From: Eledone cirrhosa
Taxonomy: Eukaryota
Reading direction: 5' to 3'
Length of the DNA: 64,000 nt
Assembly: GCA_964016885.1 (NCBI GenBank)
Contig: OZ024758.1
Span: 37,262,001 to 37,326,000, forward strand
Under the pieces are notes generated by a model. It saw only the letters and a program-made list of their open reading frames with translations. It made no database searches and had not been told where the DNA came from. How positions within the stretch are numbered: the stretch's first letter is position 1; each line of letters opens with the position of its first letter. This document shows positions 26,601 to 40,800 of the stretch, piece after piece. The translations under genes and the position numbers were made by a program.

Positions 26601-29600
26601 TCATGGTATTAGCTGTCAGAAGGAACGCCACTGTTGGTGAGAATTCATTTAAGTTCATGGTATTAGCTGTCAGAAGTAACTCCACTGTTGGTGAGAATTC
26701 ATTTAAGTTCATGGTACTAGCTGTCAGATGTAACTCCAATGTTGGTGAGAATTCATTTAAGTTCATGGTATTAGTTTGTCAGAAGTAACTCCACTGTTGC
26801 TGAGAATTCATTTAAGTCATGGTATTAGTTGTCAGAAGTAACTCCAATGTTGGTGAGAATTCATTTAAGTTCATGGTACTAGCTGTCAGAAGTAACTCCA
26901 CTGTTGGTGAGAATTCATTTAAGTCATGGTATTAGCTGTCAGAAGTAACTCCAATGTTGGTGAGAATTCATTTAAGTTCATGGTATTAGCTGTCAGAAGT
27001 CACTCCACTGTTGGTGAGAATTCATTTAAGTTCATGGTACTAGCTGTCAGAAGTAACCCAATGTTGGTGAGAATTCATTTAAGTTCATGGTATTAGCTGT
27101 CAGAAGTCACTCCAATGTTGGTGAGAATTCATTTAAGTTCATGGTATTAGCTGTCAGAAGTAACTCCACTGTTGGTGAGAATTCATTTAAGTTCATGGTA
27201 TTAGCTGTCAGAAGTAACTCCACTGTTGGTGAGAATTCATTTAAGTTCATGGTATTAGCTGACAGAAGGAACGCCACTGTTGGTGAGAATTCATTTAAGT
27301 TCATGGTATTAGCTGTCAGAAGTAACTCCACTGTTGGTGAGAATTCATTTAAGTTCATGGTACTAGCTGTCAGAAGTAACTCCAATGTTGGTGAGAATTC
27401 ATTTAAGTTCATGGTATTAGCTGTCAGAAGGAACTCCACTGTTGCTGAGAATTCATTTACGTTCATGGTATTAGCTGTCAGAAGTAACTCCACTGTTGGT
27501 GAGAATTCATTTAAGTTCATGGTACTAGCTGTCAGAAGTAACTCCACTGTTGGTGAGAATTCATTTAAGTTCATGGTATTAGCTGTCAGAAGTCACTCCA
27601 ATGTTGGTGAGAATTCATTTAAGTTCATGGTATTAGCTGTCAGAAGTCACTCCACTGTTGGTGAGAATTCATTTAAGTTCATGGTACTAGCTGTCAGAAG
27701 TAACCCCAATGTTGGTGAGAATTCATTTAAGTTCATGGTATTAGCTGTCAGAAGTCACTCCAATGTTGGTGAGAATTCATTTAAGTTCATGGTATTAGCT
27801 GTCAGAAGTAACTCCACTGTTGGTGAGAATTCATTTAAGTTCATGGTATTAGCTGTCAGAAGTAACTCCACTGTTGGTGAGAATTCATTTAAGTTCATGG
27901 TATTAGCTGTCAGAAGGAACTCCACTGTTGGTGAGAATTCATTTAAGTTCATGGTACTAGCTGTCAGAAGTAACTCCACTGTTGGTGAGAATTCATTTAA
28001 GTTCATGGTATTAGTTTGTCAGAAGTAACTCCACTGTTGGTGAGAATTCATTTAAGTCATGGTACTAGCTGTCAGAAGTAACTCCACTGTTGGTGAGAAT
28101 TCATTTAAGTTCATGGTATTAGCTGTCAGAAGTAACTCCACTGTTGGTGAGAATTCATTTAAGTTCATGGTATTAGCTGTCAGAAGTAACTCCACTGTTG
28201 GTGAGAATTCATTTAAGTTCATGGTATTAGCTGTTAGATGGAACTCCAATGTTGGTGAGAATTCATTTAAGTCATGGTACTAGCTGTCAGAAGTAACTCC
28301 ACTGTTGGTGAGAATTCATTTAAGTTCATGGTATTAGCTGTCAGAAGGAACGCCACTGTTGGTGAGAATTCATTTAAGTTAATGGTATTAGCTGTCAGAA
28401 GTAACTCCACTGTTGGTGAGAATTCATTTAAGTTCATGGTACTAGGTGTCAGAAGTAACTCCAATGTTGGTGAGAATTCATTTAAGTTCATGGTATTAGC
28501 TGTCAGAAGGAACTCCACTGTTGCTGAGAATTCATTTAAGTTCATGGTATTAGCTGTCAGAAGTAACTCCAATGTTGGTGAGAATTCATTTAAGTTCATG
28601 GTATTAGCTGTCAGAAGTAACTCCACTGTTGGTGAGAATTCATTTAAGTTCATGGTATTAGCTGTCAGAAGTAACTCCACTGTTGGTGAGAATTCATTTA
28701 AGTCATGGTATTAGCTGTCAGAAGTAACTCCAATGTTGGTGAGAATTTATTTAAGTTCATGGTATTAGCTGTCAGAAGTCACTCCACTGTTGGTGAGAAT
28801 TCATTTAAGTTCATGGTACTAGCTGTCAGAAGTAACCCCAATGTTGGTGAGAATTCATTTAAGTTCATGGTATTAGCTGTCAGAAGTCACTCCAATGTTG
28901 GTGAGAATTCATTTAAGTTCATGGTATTAGCTGTCAGAAGTAACTCCACTGTTGGTGAGAATTCATTTAAGTTCATGGTATTAGCTGTCAGAAGTAACTC
29001 CACTGTTGGTGAGAATTCATTTAAGTTCATGGTATTAGCTGTCAGAAGTAACTCCACTGTTGGTGAGAATTCATTTAAGTCATGGTATTTATTAGCTGTC
29101 AGAAGTAACACCAATGTTGGTGAGAATTCATTTAAGTTCATGGTATTAGCTGTCAGAAGTAACTCCACTGTTGGTGAGAATTCATTTAAGTTCATGGTAT
29201 TAGCTGTCAGAAGTAACTCCACTGTTGGTGAGAATTCATTTAAGTTCATGGTACTAGCTGTCAGAAGTAACTCCACTGTTGTTGAGAATTCATTTAAGTT
29301 CATGGTATTAGTTTGTCAGAAGTAACTCCACTGTTGGTGAGAATTCATTTAAGTCATGGTATTAGTTGTCAGAAGTAACTCCAATGTTGGTGAGAATTCA
29401 TTTAAGTTCATGGTACTAGCTGTCAGAAGTAACTCCACTGTTGGTGAGAATTCATTTAAGTCATGGTATTAGCTGTCAGAAGTAACTCCAATGTTGGTGA
29501 GAATTCATTTAAGTTCATGGTATTAGCTGTCAGAAGTCACTCCACTGTTGGTGAGAATTCATTTAAGTTCATGGTACTAGCTGTCAGAAGTAACGCAATG

Positions 29601-30994
29601 TTGGTGAGAATTCATTTAAGTTCATGGTATTAGCTGTCAGAAGTCACTCCAATGTTGGTGAGAATTCATTTAAGTTCATGGTACTAGCTGTCAGAAGTAA
29701 CTCCAATGTTGGTGAGAATTCATTTAAGTTCATGGTATTAGCTGTCAGAAGGAACTCCACTGTTGCTGAGAATTCATTTAAGTTCATGGTATTAGCTGTC
29801 AGAAGTAACTCCACTGTTGGTGAGAATTCATTTAAGTTCATGGTACTAGCTGTCAGAAGTAACTCCACTGTTGGTGAGAATTCATTTAAGTTCATGGTAT
29901 TAGCTGTCAGAAGTCACTCCAATGTTGGTGAGAATTCATTTAAGTTCATGGTATTAGCTGTCAGAAGTCACTCCACTGTTGGTGAGAATTCATTTAAGTT
30001 CATGGTATTAGCTGTCAGAAGTAACTCCACTGTTGGTGAGAATTCATTTAAGTTCATGGTATTAGCTGTCAGAAGAAACTCCACTGTTGGTGAGAATTCA
30101 TTTAAGTTCATCGTATTAGCTGTTAGATGGAACTCCAATGTTGGTGAGAATTCATTTAAGTCATGGTACTAGCTGTCAGAAGTAACTCCACTGTTGGTGA
30201 GAATTCATTTAAGTTCATGGTATTAGCTGTCAGAAGGAACGCCACTGTTGGTGAGAATTCATTTAAGTTCATGGTATTAGCTGTCAGAAGTAACTCCACT
30301 GTTGGTGAGAATTCATTTAAGTTCATGGTACTAGCTGTCAGAAGTAACTCCAATGTTGGTGAGAATTCATTTAAGTTCATGGTATTAGCTGTCAGAAGGA
30401 TCTCCACTGTTGGTGAGAATTCATTTAAGTTCATGGTACTAGCTGTCAGAAGTAACTCCACTGTTGGTGAGAATTCATTTAAGTTCATGGTATTAGCTGT
30501 CAGAAGTAACTCCACTGTTGGTGAGAATTCATTTAAGTCATGGTATTAGCTGTCAGAAGTAACTCCAATGTTGGTGAGAATTCATTTAAGTCATGGTACT
30601 AGCTGTCAGAAGTAACTCCAATGTTGGTGAGAATTCATTTAAGTTCATGGTATTAGCTGTCAGAAGTCACTCCAATGTTGGTGAGAATTCATTTAAGTTC
30701 ATGGTATTAGCTGTCAGAAGTAACTCCACTGTTGGTGAGAATTCATTTAAGTTCATGGTATTAGCTGTCAGAAGTAACTCCACTGTTGGTGAGAATTCAT
30801 TTAAGTTCATTGTATTAGCTGTCAGAAGAAACTCCACTGTTGGTGAGAATTCATTTAAGTTCATGGTATTAGCTGTTAGATGGAACTCCAATGTTGGTGA
30901 GAATTCATTTAAGTCATGGTACTAGCTGTCAGAAGTAACTCCACTGTTGGTGAGAATTCATTTAAGTTCATGGTATTAGCTGACAGAAGGAACG

Positions 30995-33900
30995 CCACTG
31001 TTGGTGAGAATTCATTTAAGTTCATGGTACTAGCTGTCAGAAGTAACCCCAATGTTGGTGAGAATTCATTTAAGTTCATGGTATTAGCTGTCAGAAGTCA
31101 CTCCAACGTTGGTGAGAATTCATTTAAGTTCATGGTATTAGCTGTCAGAAGTAACTCCACTGTTGGTGAGAATTCATTTAAGTTCATGGTATTAGCTGTC
31201 AGAAGTAACTCCACTGTTGGTGAGAATTCATTTAAGTTCATGGTATTAGCTGTCAGAAGGAACTCCACTGTTGGTGAGAATTCATTTAAGTTCATGGTAC
31301 TAGCTGTCAGAAGTAACTCCACTGTTGGTGAGAATTCATTTAAGTTCATGGTATTAGTTTGTCAGAAGTAACTCCACTGTTGGTGAGAATTCATTTAAGT
31401 CATGGTACTAGCTGTCAGAAGTAACTCCACTGTTGGTGAGAATTCATTTAAGTTCATGGTATTAGCTGTCAGAAGTAACTCCACTGTTGGTGAGAATTCA
31501 TTTAAGTTCATGGTATTAGCTGTCAGAAGTAACTCCACTGTTGGTGAGAATTCATTTAAGTTCATGGTATTAGCTGTTAGATGGAACTCCAATGTTGGTG
31601 AGAATTCATTTAAGTCATGGTACTAGCTGTCAGAAGTAACTCCACTGTTGGTGAGAATTCATTTAAGTTCATGGTATTAGCTGTCAGAAGGAACGCCACT
31701 GTTGGTGAGAATTCATTTAAGTTAATGGTATTAGCTGTCAGAAGTAACTCCACTGTTGGTGAGAATTCATTTAAGTTCATGGTACTAGGTGTCAGAAGTA
31801 ACTCCAATGTTGGTGAGAATTCATTTAAGTTCATGGTATTAGCTGTCAGAAGGAACTCCACTGTTGCTGAGAATTCATTTAAGTTCATGGTATTAGCTGT
31901 CAGAAGTAACTCCAATGTTGGTGAGAATTCATTTAAGTTCATGGTATTAGCTGTCAGAAGTAACTCCACTGTTGGTGAGAATTCATTTAAGTTCATGGTA
32001 TTAGCTGTCAGAAGTAACTCCACTGTTGGTGAGAATTCATTTAAGTCATGGTATTAGCTGTCAGAAGTAACTCCAATGTTGGTGAGAATTTATTTAAGTT
32101 CATGGTATTAGCTGTCAGAAGTCACTCCACTGTTGGTGAGAATTCATTTAAGTTCATGGTACTAGCTGTCAGAAGTAACCCCAATGTTGGTGAGAATTCA
32201 TTTAAGTTCATGGTATTAGCTGTCAGAAGTCACTCCAATGTTGGTGAGAATTCATTTAAGTTCATGGTATTAGCTGTCAGAAGTAACTCCACTGTTGGTG
32301 AGAATTCATTTAAGTTCATGGTATTAGCTGTCAGAAGTAACTCCACTGTTGGTGAGAATTCATTTAAGTTCATGGTATTAGCTGTCAGAAGTAACTCCAC
32401 TGTTGGTGAGAATTCATTTAAGTTCATGGTACTAGCTGTCAGAAGTAACTCCAATGTTGGTGAGAATTCATTTAAGTTCATGGTATTAGCTGTCAGAAGT
32501 AACTCCACTGTTGGTGAGAATTCATTTAAGTCATGGTATTTATTAGCTGTCAGAAGTAACACCAATGTTGGTGAGAATTCATTTAAGTTGATGGTATTAG
32601 CTGTCAGAAGTAACTCCACTGTTGGTGAGAATTCATTTAAGTTCATGGTATTAGCTGTCAGAAGTAACTCCACTGTTGGTGAGAATTCATTTAAGTTCAT
32701 GGTACTAGCTGTCAGAAGTAACTCCACTGTTGTTGAGAATTCATTTAAGTTCATGGTATTAGTTTGTCGGAAGTAACTCCACTGTTGGTGAGAATTCATT
32801 TAAGTCATGGTATTAGTTGTCAGAAGTAACTCCAATGTTGGTGAGAATTCATTTAAGTTCATGGTACTAGCTGTCAGAGGTAACTCCACTGTTGGTGAGA
32901 ATTCATTTAAGTCATGGTATTAGCTGTCAGAAGTAACTCCAATGTTGGTGAGAATTCATTTAAGTTCATGGTATTAGCTGTCAGAAGTCACTCCACTGTT
33001 GGTGAGAATTCATTTAAGTTCATGGTACTAGCTGTCAGAAGTAACGCAATGTTGGTGAGAATTCATTTAAGTTCATGGTATTAGCTGTCAGAAGTCACTC
33101 CAATGTTGGTGAGAATTCATTTAAGTTCATGGTACTAGCTGTCAGAAGTAACTCCAATGTTGGTGAGAATTCATTTAAGTTCATGGTATTAGCTGTCAGA
33201 AGGAACTCCACTGTTGCTGAGAATTCATTTAAGTTCATGGTATTAGCTGTCAGAAGTAACTCCACTGTTGGTGAGAATTCATTTAAGTTCATGGTACTAG
33301 CTGTCAGAAGTAACTCCACTGTTGGTGAGAATTCATTTAAGTTCATGGTATTAGCTGTCAGAAGTCACTCCAATGTTGGTGAGAATTCATTTAAGTTCAT
33401 GGTATTAGCTGTCAGAAGTCACTCCACTGTTGGTGAGAATTCATTTAAGTTCATGGTATTAGCTGTCAGAAGTAACTCCACTGTTGGTGAGAATTCATTT
33501 AAGTTCATGGTATTAGCTGTCAGAAGAAACTCCACTGTTGGTGAGAATTCATTTAAGTTCATGGTATTAGCTGTTAGATGGAACTCCAATGTTGGTGAGA
33601 ATTCATTTAAGTCATGGTACTAGCTGTCAGAAGTAACTCCACTGTTGGTGAGAATTCATTTAAGTTCATGGTATTAGCTGTCAGAAGGAACGCCACTGTT
33701 GGTGAGAATTCATTTAAGTTCATGGTATTAGCTGTCAGAAGTAACTCCACTGTTGGTGAGAATTCATTTAAGTTCATGGTACTAGCTGTCAGAAGTAACT
33801 CCAATGTTGGTGAGAATTCATTTAAGTTCATGGTATTAGCTGTCAGAAGGATCTCCACTGTTGGTGAGAATTCATTTAAGTTCATGGTACTAGCTGTCAG

Positions 33901-36900
33901 AAGTAACTCCACTGTTGGTGAGAATTCATTTAAGTTCATGGTATTAGCTGTCAGAAGTAACTCCACTGTTGGTGAGAATTCATTTAAGTCATGGTATTAG
34001 CTGTCAGAAGTAACTCCAATGTTGGTGAGAATTCATTTAAGTCATGGTACTAGCTGTCAGAAGTAACTCCACTGTTGGTGAGAATTCATTTAAGTTCATG
34101 GTATTAGCTGTCAGAAGTAACTCCACTGTTGGTGAGAATTCATTTAAGTTCATGGTATTAGCTGTCAGAAGTAACTCCACTGTTGGTGAGAATTCATTTA
34201 AGTTCATGGTATTAGCTGTCAGAAGTAACTCCACTGTTGGTGAGAATTCATTTAAGTTCATGGTATTAGCTGTCAGAAGGAACTCCAATGTTGGTGAGAA
34301 TTCATTTAAGTCATGGTACTAGCTGTCAGAAGTAACTCCACTGTTGGTGAGAATTCATTTAAGTTCATGGTATTAGCTGACAGAAGGAACGCCACTGTTG
34401 GTGAGAATTCATTTAAGTTCATGGTATTAGCTGTCAGAAGTAACTCCACTGTTGGTGAGAATTCATTTAAGTTCATGGTACTAGCTGTCAGAAGTAACTC
34501 CAATGTTGGTGAGAATTCATTTAAGTTCATGGTATTAGCTGTCAGAAGGAACTCCACTGTTGCTGAGAATTCATTTACGTTCATGGTATTAGCTGTCAGA
34601 AGTAACTCCACTGTTGGTGAGAATTCATTTAAGTTCATGGTACTAGCTGTCAGAAGTAACTCCACTGTTGGTGAGAATTCATTTAAGTTCATGGTATTAG
34701 CTGTCAGAAGTCACTCCAATGTTGGTGAGAATTCATTTAAGTTCATGGTATTAGCTGTCAGAAGTCACTCCACTGTTGGTGAGAATTCATTTAAGTTCAT
34801 GGTACTAGCTGTCAGAAGTAACCCCAATGTTGGTGAGAATTCATTTAAGTTCATGGTATTAGCTGTCAGAAGTCACTCCAACGTTGGTGAGAATTCATTT
34901 AAGTTCATGGTATTAGCTGTCAGAAGTAACTCCACTGTTGGTGAGAATTCATTTAAGTTCATGGTATTAGCTGTCAGAAGTAACTCCACTGTTGGTGAGA
35001 ATTCATTTAAGTTCATGGTATTAGCTGTCAGAAGGAACTCCACTGTTGGTGAGAATTCATTTAAGTTCATGGTACTAGCTGTCAGAAGTAACTCCACTGT
35101 TGGTGAGAATTCATTTAAGTTCATGGTATTAGTTTGTCAGAAGTAACTCCACTGTTGGTGAGAATTCATTTAAGTCATGGTACTAGCTGTCAGAAGTAAC
35201 TCCACTGTTGGTGAGAATTCATTTAAGTTCATGGTATTAGCTGTCAGAAGTAACTCCACTGTTGGTGAGAATTCATTTAAGTTCATGGTATTAGCTGTCA
35301 GAAGTAACTCCACTGTTGGTGAGAATTCATTTAAGTTCATGGTATTAGCTGTTAGATGGAACTCCAATGTTGGTGAGAATTCATTTAAGTCATGGTACTA
35401 GCTGTCAGAAGTAACTCCACTGTTGGTGAGAATTCATTTAAGTTCATGGTATTAGCTGTCAGAAGGAACGCCACTGTTGGTGAGAATTCATTTAAGTTAA
35501 TGGTATTAGCTGTCAGAAGTAACTCCACTGTTGGTGAGAATTCATTTAAGTTCATGGTACTAGGTGTCAGAAGTAACTCCAATGTTGGTGAGAATTCATT
35601 TAAGTTCATGGTATTAGCTGTCAGAAGGAACTCCACTGTTGCTGAGAATTCATTTAAGTTCATGGTATTAGCTGTCAGAAGTAACTCCAATGTTGGTGAG
35701 AATTCATTTAAGTTCATGGTATTAGCTGTCAGAAGTAACTCCACTGTTGGTGAGAATTCATTTAAGTTCATGGTATTAGCTGTCAGAAGTAACTCCACTG
35801 TTGGTGAGAATTCATTTAAGTCATGGTATTAGCTGTCAGAAGTAACTCCAATGTTGGTGAGAATTTATTTAAGTTCATGGTATTAGCTGTCAGAAGTCAC
35901 TCCACTGTTGGTGAGAATTCATTTAAGTTCATGGTACTAGCTGTCAGAAGTAACCCCAATGTTGGTGAGAATTCATTTAAGTTCATGGTATTAGCTGTCA
36001 GAAGTCACTCCAATGTTGGTGAGAATTCATTTAAGTTCATGGTATTAGCTGTCAGAAGTAACTCCACTGTTGGTGAGAATTCATTTAAGTTCATGGTATT
36101 AGCTGTCAGAAGTAACTCCACTGTTGGTGAGAATTCATTTAAGTTCATGGTATTAGCTGTCAGAAGTAACTCCACTGTTGGTGAGAATTCATTTAAGTTC
36201 ATGGTACTAGCTGTCAGAAGTAACTCCAATGTTGGTGAGAATTCATTTAAGTTCATGGTATTAGCTGTCAGAAGTAACTCCACTGTTGGTGAGAATTCAT
36301 TTAAGTCATGGTATTTATTAGCTGTCAGAAGTAACACCAATGTTGGTGAGAATTCATTTAAGTTGATGGTATTAGCTGTCAGAAGTAACTCCACTGTTGG
36401 TGAGAATTCATTTAAGTTCATGGTATTAGCTGTCAGAAGTAACTCCACTGTTGGTGAGAATTCATTTAAGTTCATGGTACTAGCTGTCAGAAGTAACTCC
36501 ACTGTTGTTGAGAATTCATTTAAGTTCATGGTATTAGTTTGTCGGAAGTAACTCCACTGTTGGTGAGAATTCATTTAAGTCATGGTATTAGTTGTCAGAA
36601 GTAACTCCAATGTTGGTGAGAATTCATTTAAGTTCATGGTACTAGCTGTCAGAGGTAACTCCACTGTTGGTGAGAATTCATTTAAGTCATGGTATTAGCT
36701 GTCAGAAGTAACTCCAATGTTGGTGAGAATTCATTTAAGTTCATGGTATTAGCTGTCAGAAGTCACTCCACTGTTGGTGAGAATTCATTTAAGTTCATGG
36801 TACTAGCTGTCAGAAGTAACGCAATGTTGGTGAGAATTCATTTAAGTTCATGGTATTAGCTGTCAGAAGTCACTCCAATGTTGGTGAGAATTCATTTAAG

Positions 36901-37846
36901 TTCATGGTACTAGCTGTCAGAAGTAACTCCAATGTTGGTGAGAATTCATTTAAGTTCATGGTATTAGCTGTCAGAAGGAACTCCACTGTTGCTGAGAATT
37001 CATTTAAGTTCATGGTATTAGCTGTCAGAAGTAACTCCACTGTTGGTGAGAATTCATTTAAGTTCATGGTACTAGCTGTCAGAAGTAACTCCACTGTTGG
37101 TGAGAATTCATTTAAGTTCATGGTATTAGCTGTCAGAAGTCACTCCAATGTTGGTGAGAATTCATTTAAGTTCATGGTATTAGCTGTCAGAAGTCACTCC
37201 ACTGTTGGTGAGAATTCATTTAAGTTCATGGTATTAGCTGTCAGAAGTAACTCCACTGTTGGTGAGAATTCATTTAAGTTCATGGTATTAGCTGTCAGAA
37301 GAAACTCCACTGTTGGTGAGAATTCATTTAAGTTCATGGTATTAGCTGTTAGATGGAACTCCAATGTTGGTGAGAATTCATTTAAGTCATGGTACTAGCT
37401 GTCAGAAGTAACTCCACTGTTGGTGAGAATTCATTTAAGTTCATGGTATTAGCTGTCAGAAGGAACGCCACTGTTGGTGAGAATTCATTTAAGTTCATGG
37501 TATTAGCTGTCAGAAGTAACTCCACTGTTGGTGAGAATTCATTTAAGTTCATGGTACTAGCTGTCAGAAGTAACTCCAATGTTGGTGAGAATTCATTTAA
37601 GTTCATGGTATTAGCTGTCAGAAGGATCTCCACTGTTGGTGAGAATTCATTTAAGTTCATGGTACTAGCTGTCAGAAGTAACTCCACTGTTGGTGAGAAT
37701 TCATTTAAGTTCATGGTATTAGCTGTCAGAAGTAACTCCACTGTTGGTGAGAATTCATTTAAGTCATGGTATTAGCTGTCAGAAGTAACTCCAATGTTGG
37801 TGAGAATTCATTTAAGTCATGGTACTAGCTGTCAGAAGTAACTCCA
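30995..37846. repeat. 3,775-bp tandem duplication (70 monomers); partial paralogous pair at 19461-21338/23236-25113
   Basis: ORF starts 31402/35177, 32048/35823, 33075/36850 and 33614/37389 are 3775 apart. Private markers tgtcggaag and cagaggtaac occur only at ~21985/22094, ~32769/32878 and ~36544/36653. Confidence 0.88.
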
Positions 37847-40800
37847 ATGTTGGTGAGAATTCATTTAAGTTCATGGTATTAGCTGTCAGAAGTCACTCCA
37901 ATGTTGGTGAGAATTCATTTAAGTTCATGGTATTAGCTGTCAGAAGTAACTCCACTGTTGGTGAGAATTCATTTAAGTTCATGGTATTAGCTGTCAGAAG
38001 TAACTCCACTGTTGGTGAGAATTCATTTAAGTTCATTGTATTAGCTGTCAGAAGAAACTCCACTGTTGGTGAGAATTCATTTAAGTTCATGGTATTAGCT
38101 GTTAGATGGAACTCCAATGTTGGTGAGAATTCATTTAAGTCATGGTACTAGCTGTCAGAAGTAACTCCACTGTTGGTGAGAATTCATTTAAGTTCATGGT
38201 ATTAGCTGACAGAAGGAACGCCACTGTTGGTGAGAATTCATTTAAGTTCATGGTATTAGCTGTCAGAAGTAACTCCACTGTTGGTGAGAATTCATTTAAG
38301 TTCATGGTACTAGCTGTCAGAAGTAACTCCAATGTTGGTGAGAATTCATTTAAGTTCATGGTATTAGCTGTCAGAAGGAACTCCACTGTTGCTGAGAATG
38401 CATTTAAGTTCATGGTATTAGCTGTCAGAAGTAACTCCACTGTTGGTGAGAATTCATTTAAGTTCATGGTATTAGCTGTCAGAAGTAACTCCACTGTTGG
38501 TGAGAATTCATTTAAGTTCATGGTATTAGCTGTCAGAAGTAACTCCACTGTTGGTGAGAATTCATTTAAGTTCATGGTATTAGCTGTCAGAAGGAACTCC
38601 AATGTTGGTGAGAATTCATTTAAGTCATGGTACTAGCTGTCAGAAGTAACTCCACTGTTGGTGAGAATTCATTTAAGTTCATGGTATTAGCTGACAGAAG
38701 GAACGCCACTGTTGGTGAGAATTCATTTAAGTTCATGGTATTAGCTGTCAGAAGTAACTCCACTGTTGGTGAGAATTCATTTAAGTTCATGGTACTAGCT
38801 GTCAGAAGTAACTCCAATGTTGGTGAGAATTCATTTAAGTTCATGGTATTAGCTGTCAGAAGGAACTCCACTGTTGCTGAGAATTCATTTACGTTCATGG
38901 TATTAGCTGTCAGAAGTAACTCCACTGTTGGTGAGAATTCATTTAAGTTCATGGTACTAGCTGTCAGAAGTAACTCCACTGTTGGTGAGAATTCATTTAA
39001 GTTCATGGTATTAGCTGTCAGAAGTCACTCCAATGTTGGTGAGAATTCATTTAAGTTCATGGTATTAGCTGTCAGAAGTCACTCCACTGTTGGTGAGAAT
39101 TCATTTAAGTTCATGGTACTAGCTGTCAGAAGTAACCCCAATGTTGGTGAGAATTCATTTAAGTTTAGGGTATTAGCTGTCAGAAGTCACTCCAACGTTG
39201 GTGAGAATTCATTTAAGTTCATGGTATTAGCTGTCAGAAGTAACTCCACTGTTGGTGAGAATTCATTTAAGTTCATGGTATTAGCTGTCAGAAGTAACTC
39301 CACTGTTGGTGAGAATTCATTTAAGTTCATGGTATTAGCTGTCAGAAGGAACTCCACTGTTGGTGAGAATTCATTTAAGTTCATGGTACTAGCTGTCAGA
39401 AGTAACTCCACTGTTGGTGAGAATTCATTTAAGTTCATGGTATTAGTTTGTCAGAAGTAACTCCACTGTTGGTGAGAATTCATTTAAGTCATGGTACTAG
39501 CTGTCAGAAGTAACTCCACTGTTGGTGAGAATTCATTTAAGTTCATGGTATTAGCTGTCAGAAGTAACTCCACTGTTGGTGAGAATTCATTTAAGTTCAT
39601 GGTATTAGCTGTCAGAAGTAACTCCACTGTTGGTGAGAATTCATTTAAGTTCATGGTATTAGCTGTTAGATGGAACTCCAATGTTGGTGAGAATTCATTT
39701 AAGTCATGGTACTAGCTGTCAGAAGTAACTCCACTGTTGGTGAGAATTCATTTAAGTTCATGGTATTAGCTGTCAGAAGGAACGCCACTGTTGGTGAGAA
39801 TTCATTTAAGTTAATGGTATTAGCTGTCAGAAGTAACTCCACTGTTGGTGAGAATTCATTTAAGTTCATGGTACTAGGTGTCAGAAGTAACTCCAATGTT
39901 GGTGAGAATTCATTTAAGTTCATGGTATTAGCTGTCAGAAGGAACTCCACTGTTGCTGAGAATTCATTTAAGTTCATGGTATTAGCTGTCAGAAGTAACT
40001 CCAATGTTGGTGAGAATTCATTTAAGTTCATGGTATTAGCTGTCAGAAGTAACTCCACTGTTGGTGAGAATTCATTTAAGTTCATGGTATTAGCTGTCAG
40101 AAGTAACTCCACTGTTGGTGAGAATTCATTTAAGTCATGGTATTAGCTGTCAGAAGTAACTCCAATGTTGGTGAGAATTTATTTAAGTTCATGGTATTAG
40201 CTGTCAGAAGTCACTCCACTGTTGGTGAGAATTCATTTAAGTTCATGGTACTAGCTGTCAGAAGTAACCCCAATGTTGGTGAGAATTCATTTAAGTTCAT
40301 GGTATTAGCTGTCAGAAGTCACTCCAATGTTGGTGAGAATTCATTTAAGTTCATGGTATTAGCTGTCAGAAGTAACTCCACTGTTGGTGAGAATTCATTT
40401 AAGTTCATGGTATTAGCTGTCAGAAGTAACTCCACTGTTGGTGAGAATTCATTTAAGTTCATGGTATTAGCTGTCAGAAGTAACTCCACTGTTGGTGAGA
40501 ATTCATTTAAGTTCATGGTACTAGCTGTCAGAAGTAACTCCAATGTTGGTGAGAATTCATTTAAGTTCATGGTATTAGCTGTCAGAAGTAACTCCACTGT
40601 TGGTGAGAATTCATTTAAGTCATGGTATTTATTAGCTGTCAGAAGTAACACCAATGTTGGTGAGAATTCATTTAAGTTGATGGTATTAGCTGTCAGAAGT
40701 AACTCCACTGTTGGTGAGAATTCATTTAAGTTCATGGTATTAGCTGTCAGAAGTAACTCCACTGTTGGTGAGAATTCATTTAAGTTCATGGTACTATCTG

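Larger units (their letters stand above)
9606..35897. repeat. 15,477-bp tandem duplication whose second copy lacks 4,693 bp
   Basis: 9606-15552 matches 25083-31029 (offset 15477; private insertion tttaaggatcatgg only at ~10529 and ~26006). 20211-25113 matches 30995-35897 (offset 10784). Confidence 0.85.
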
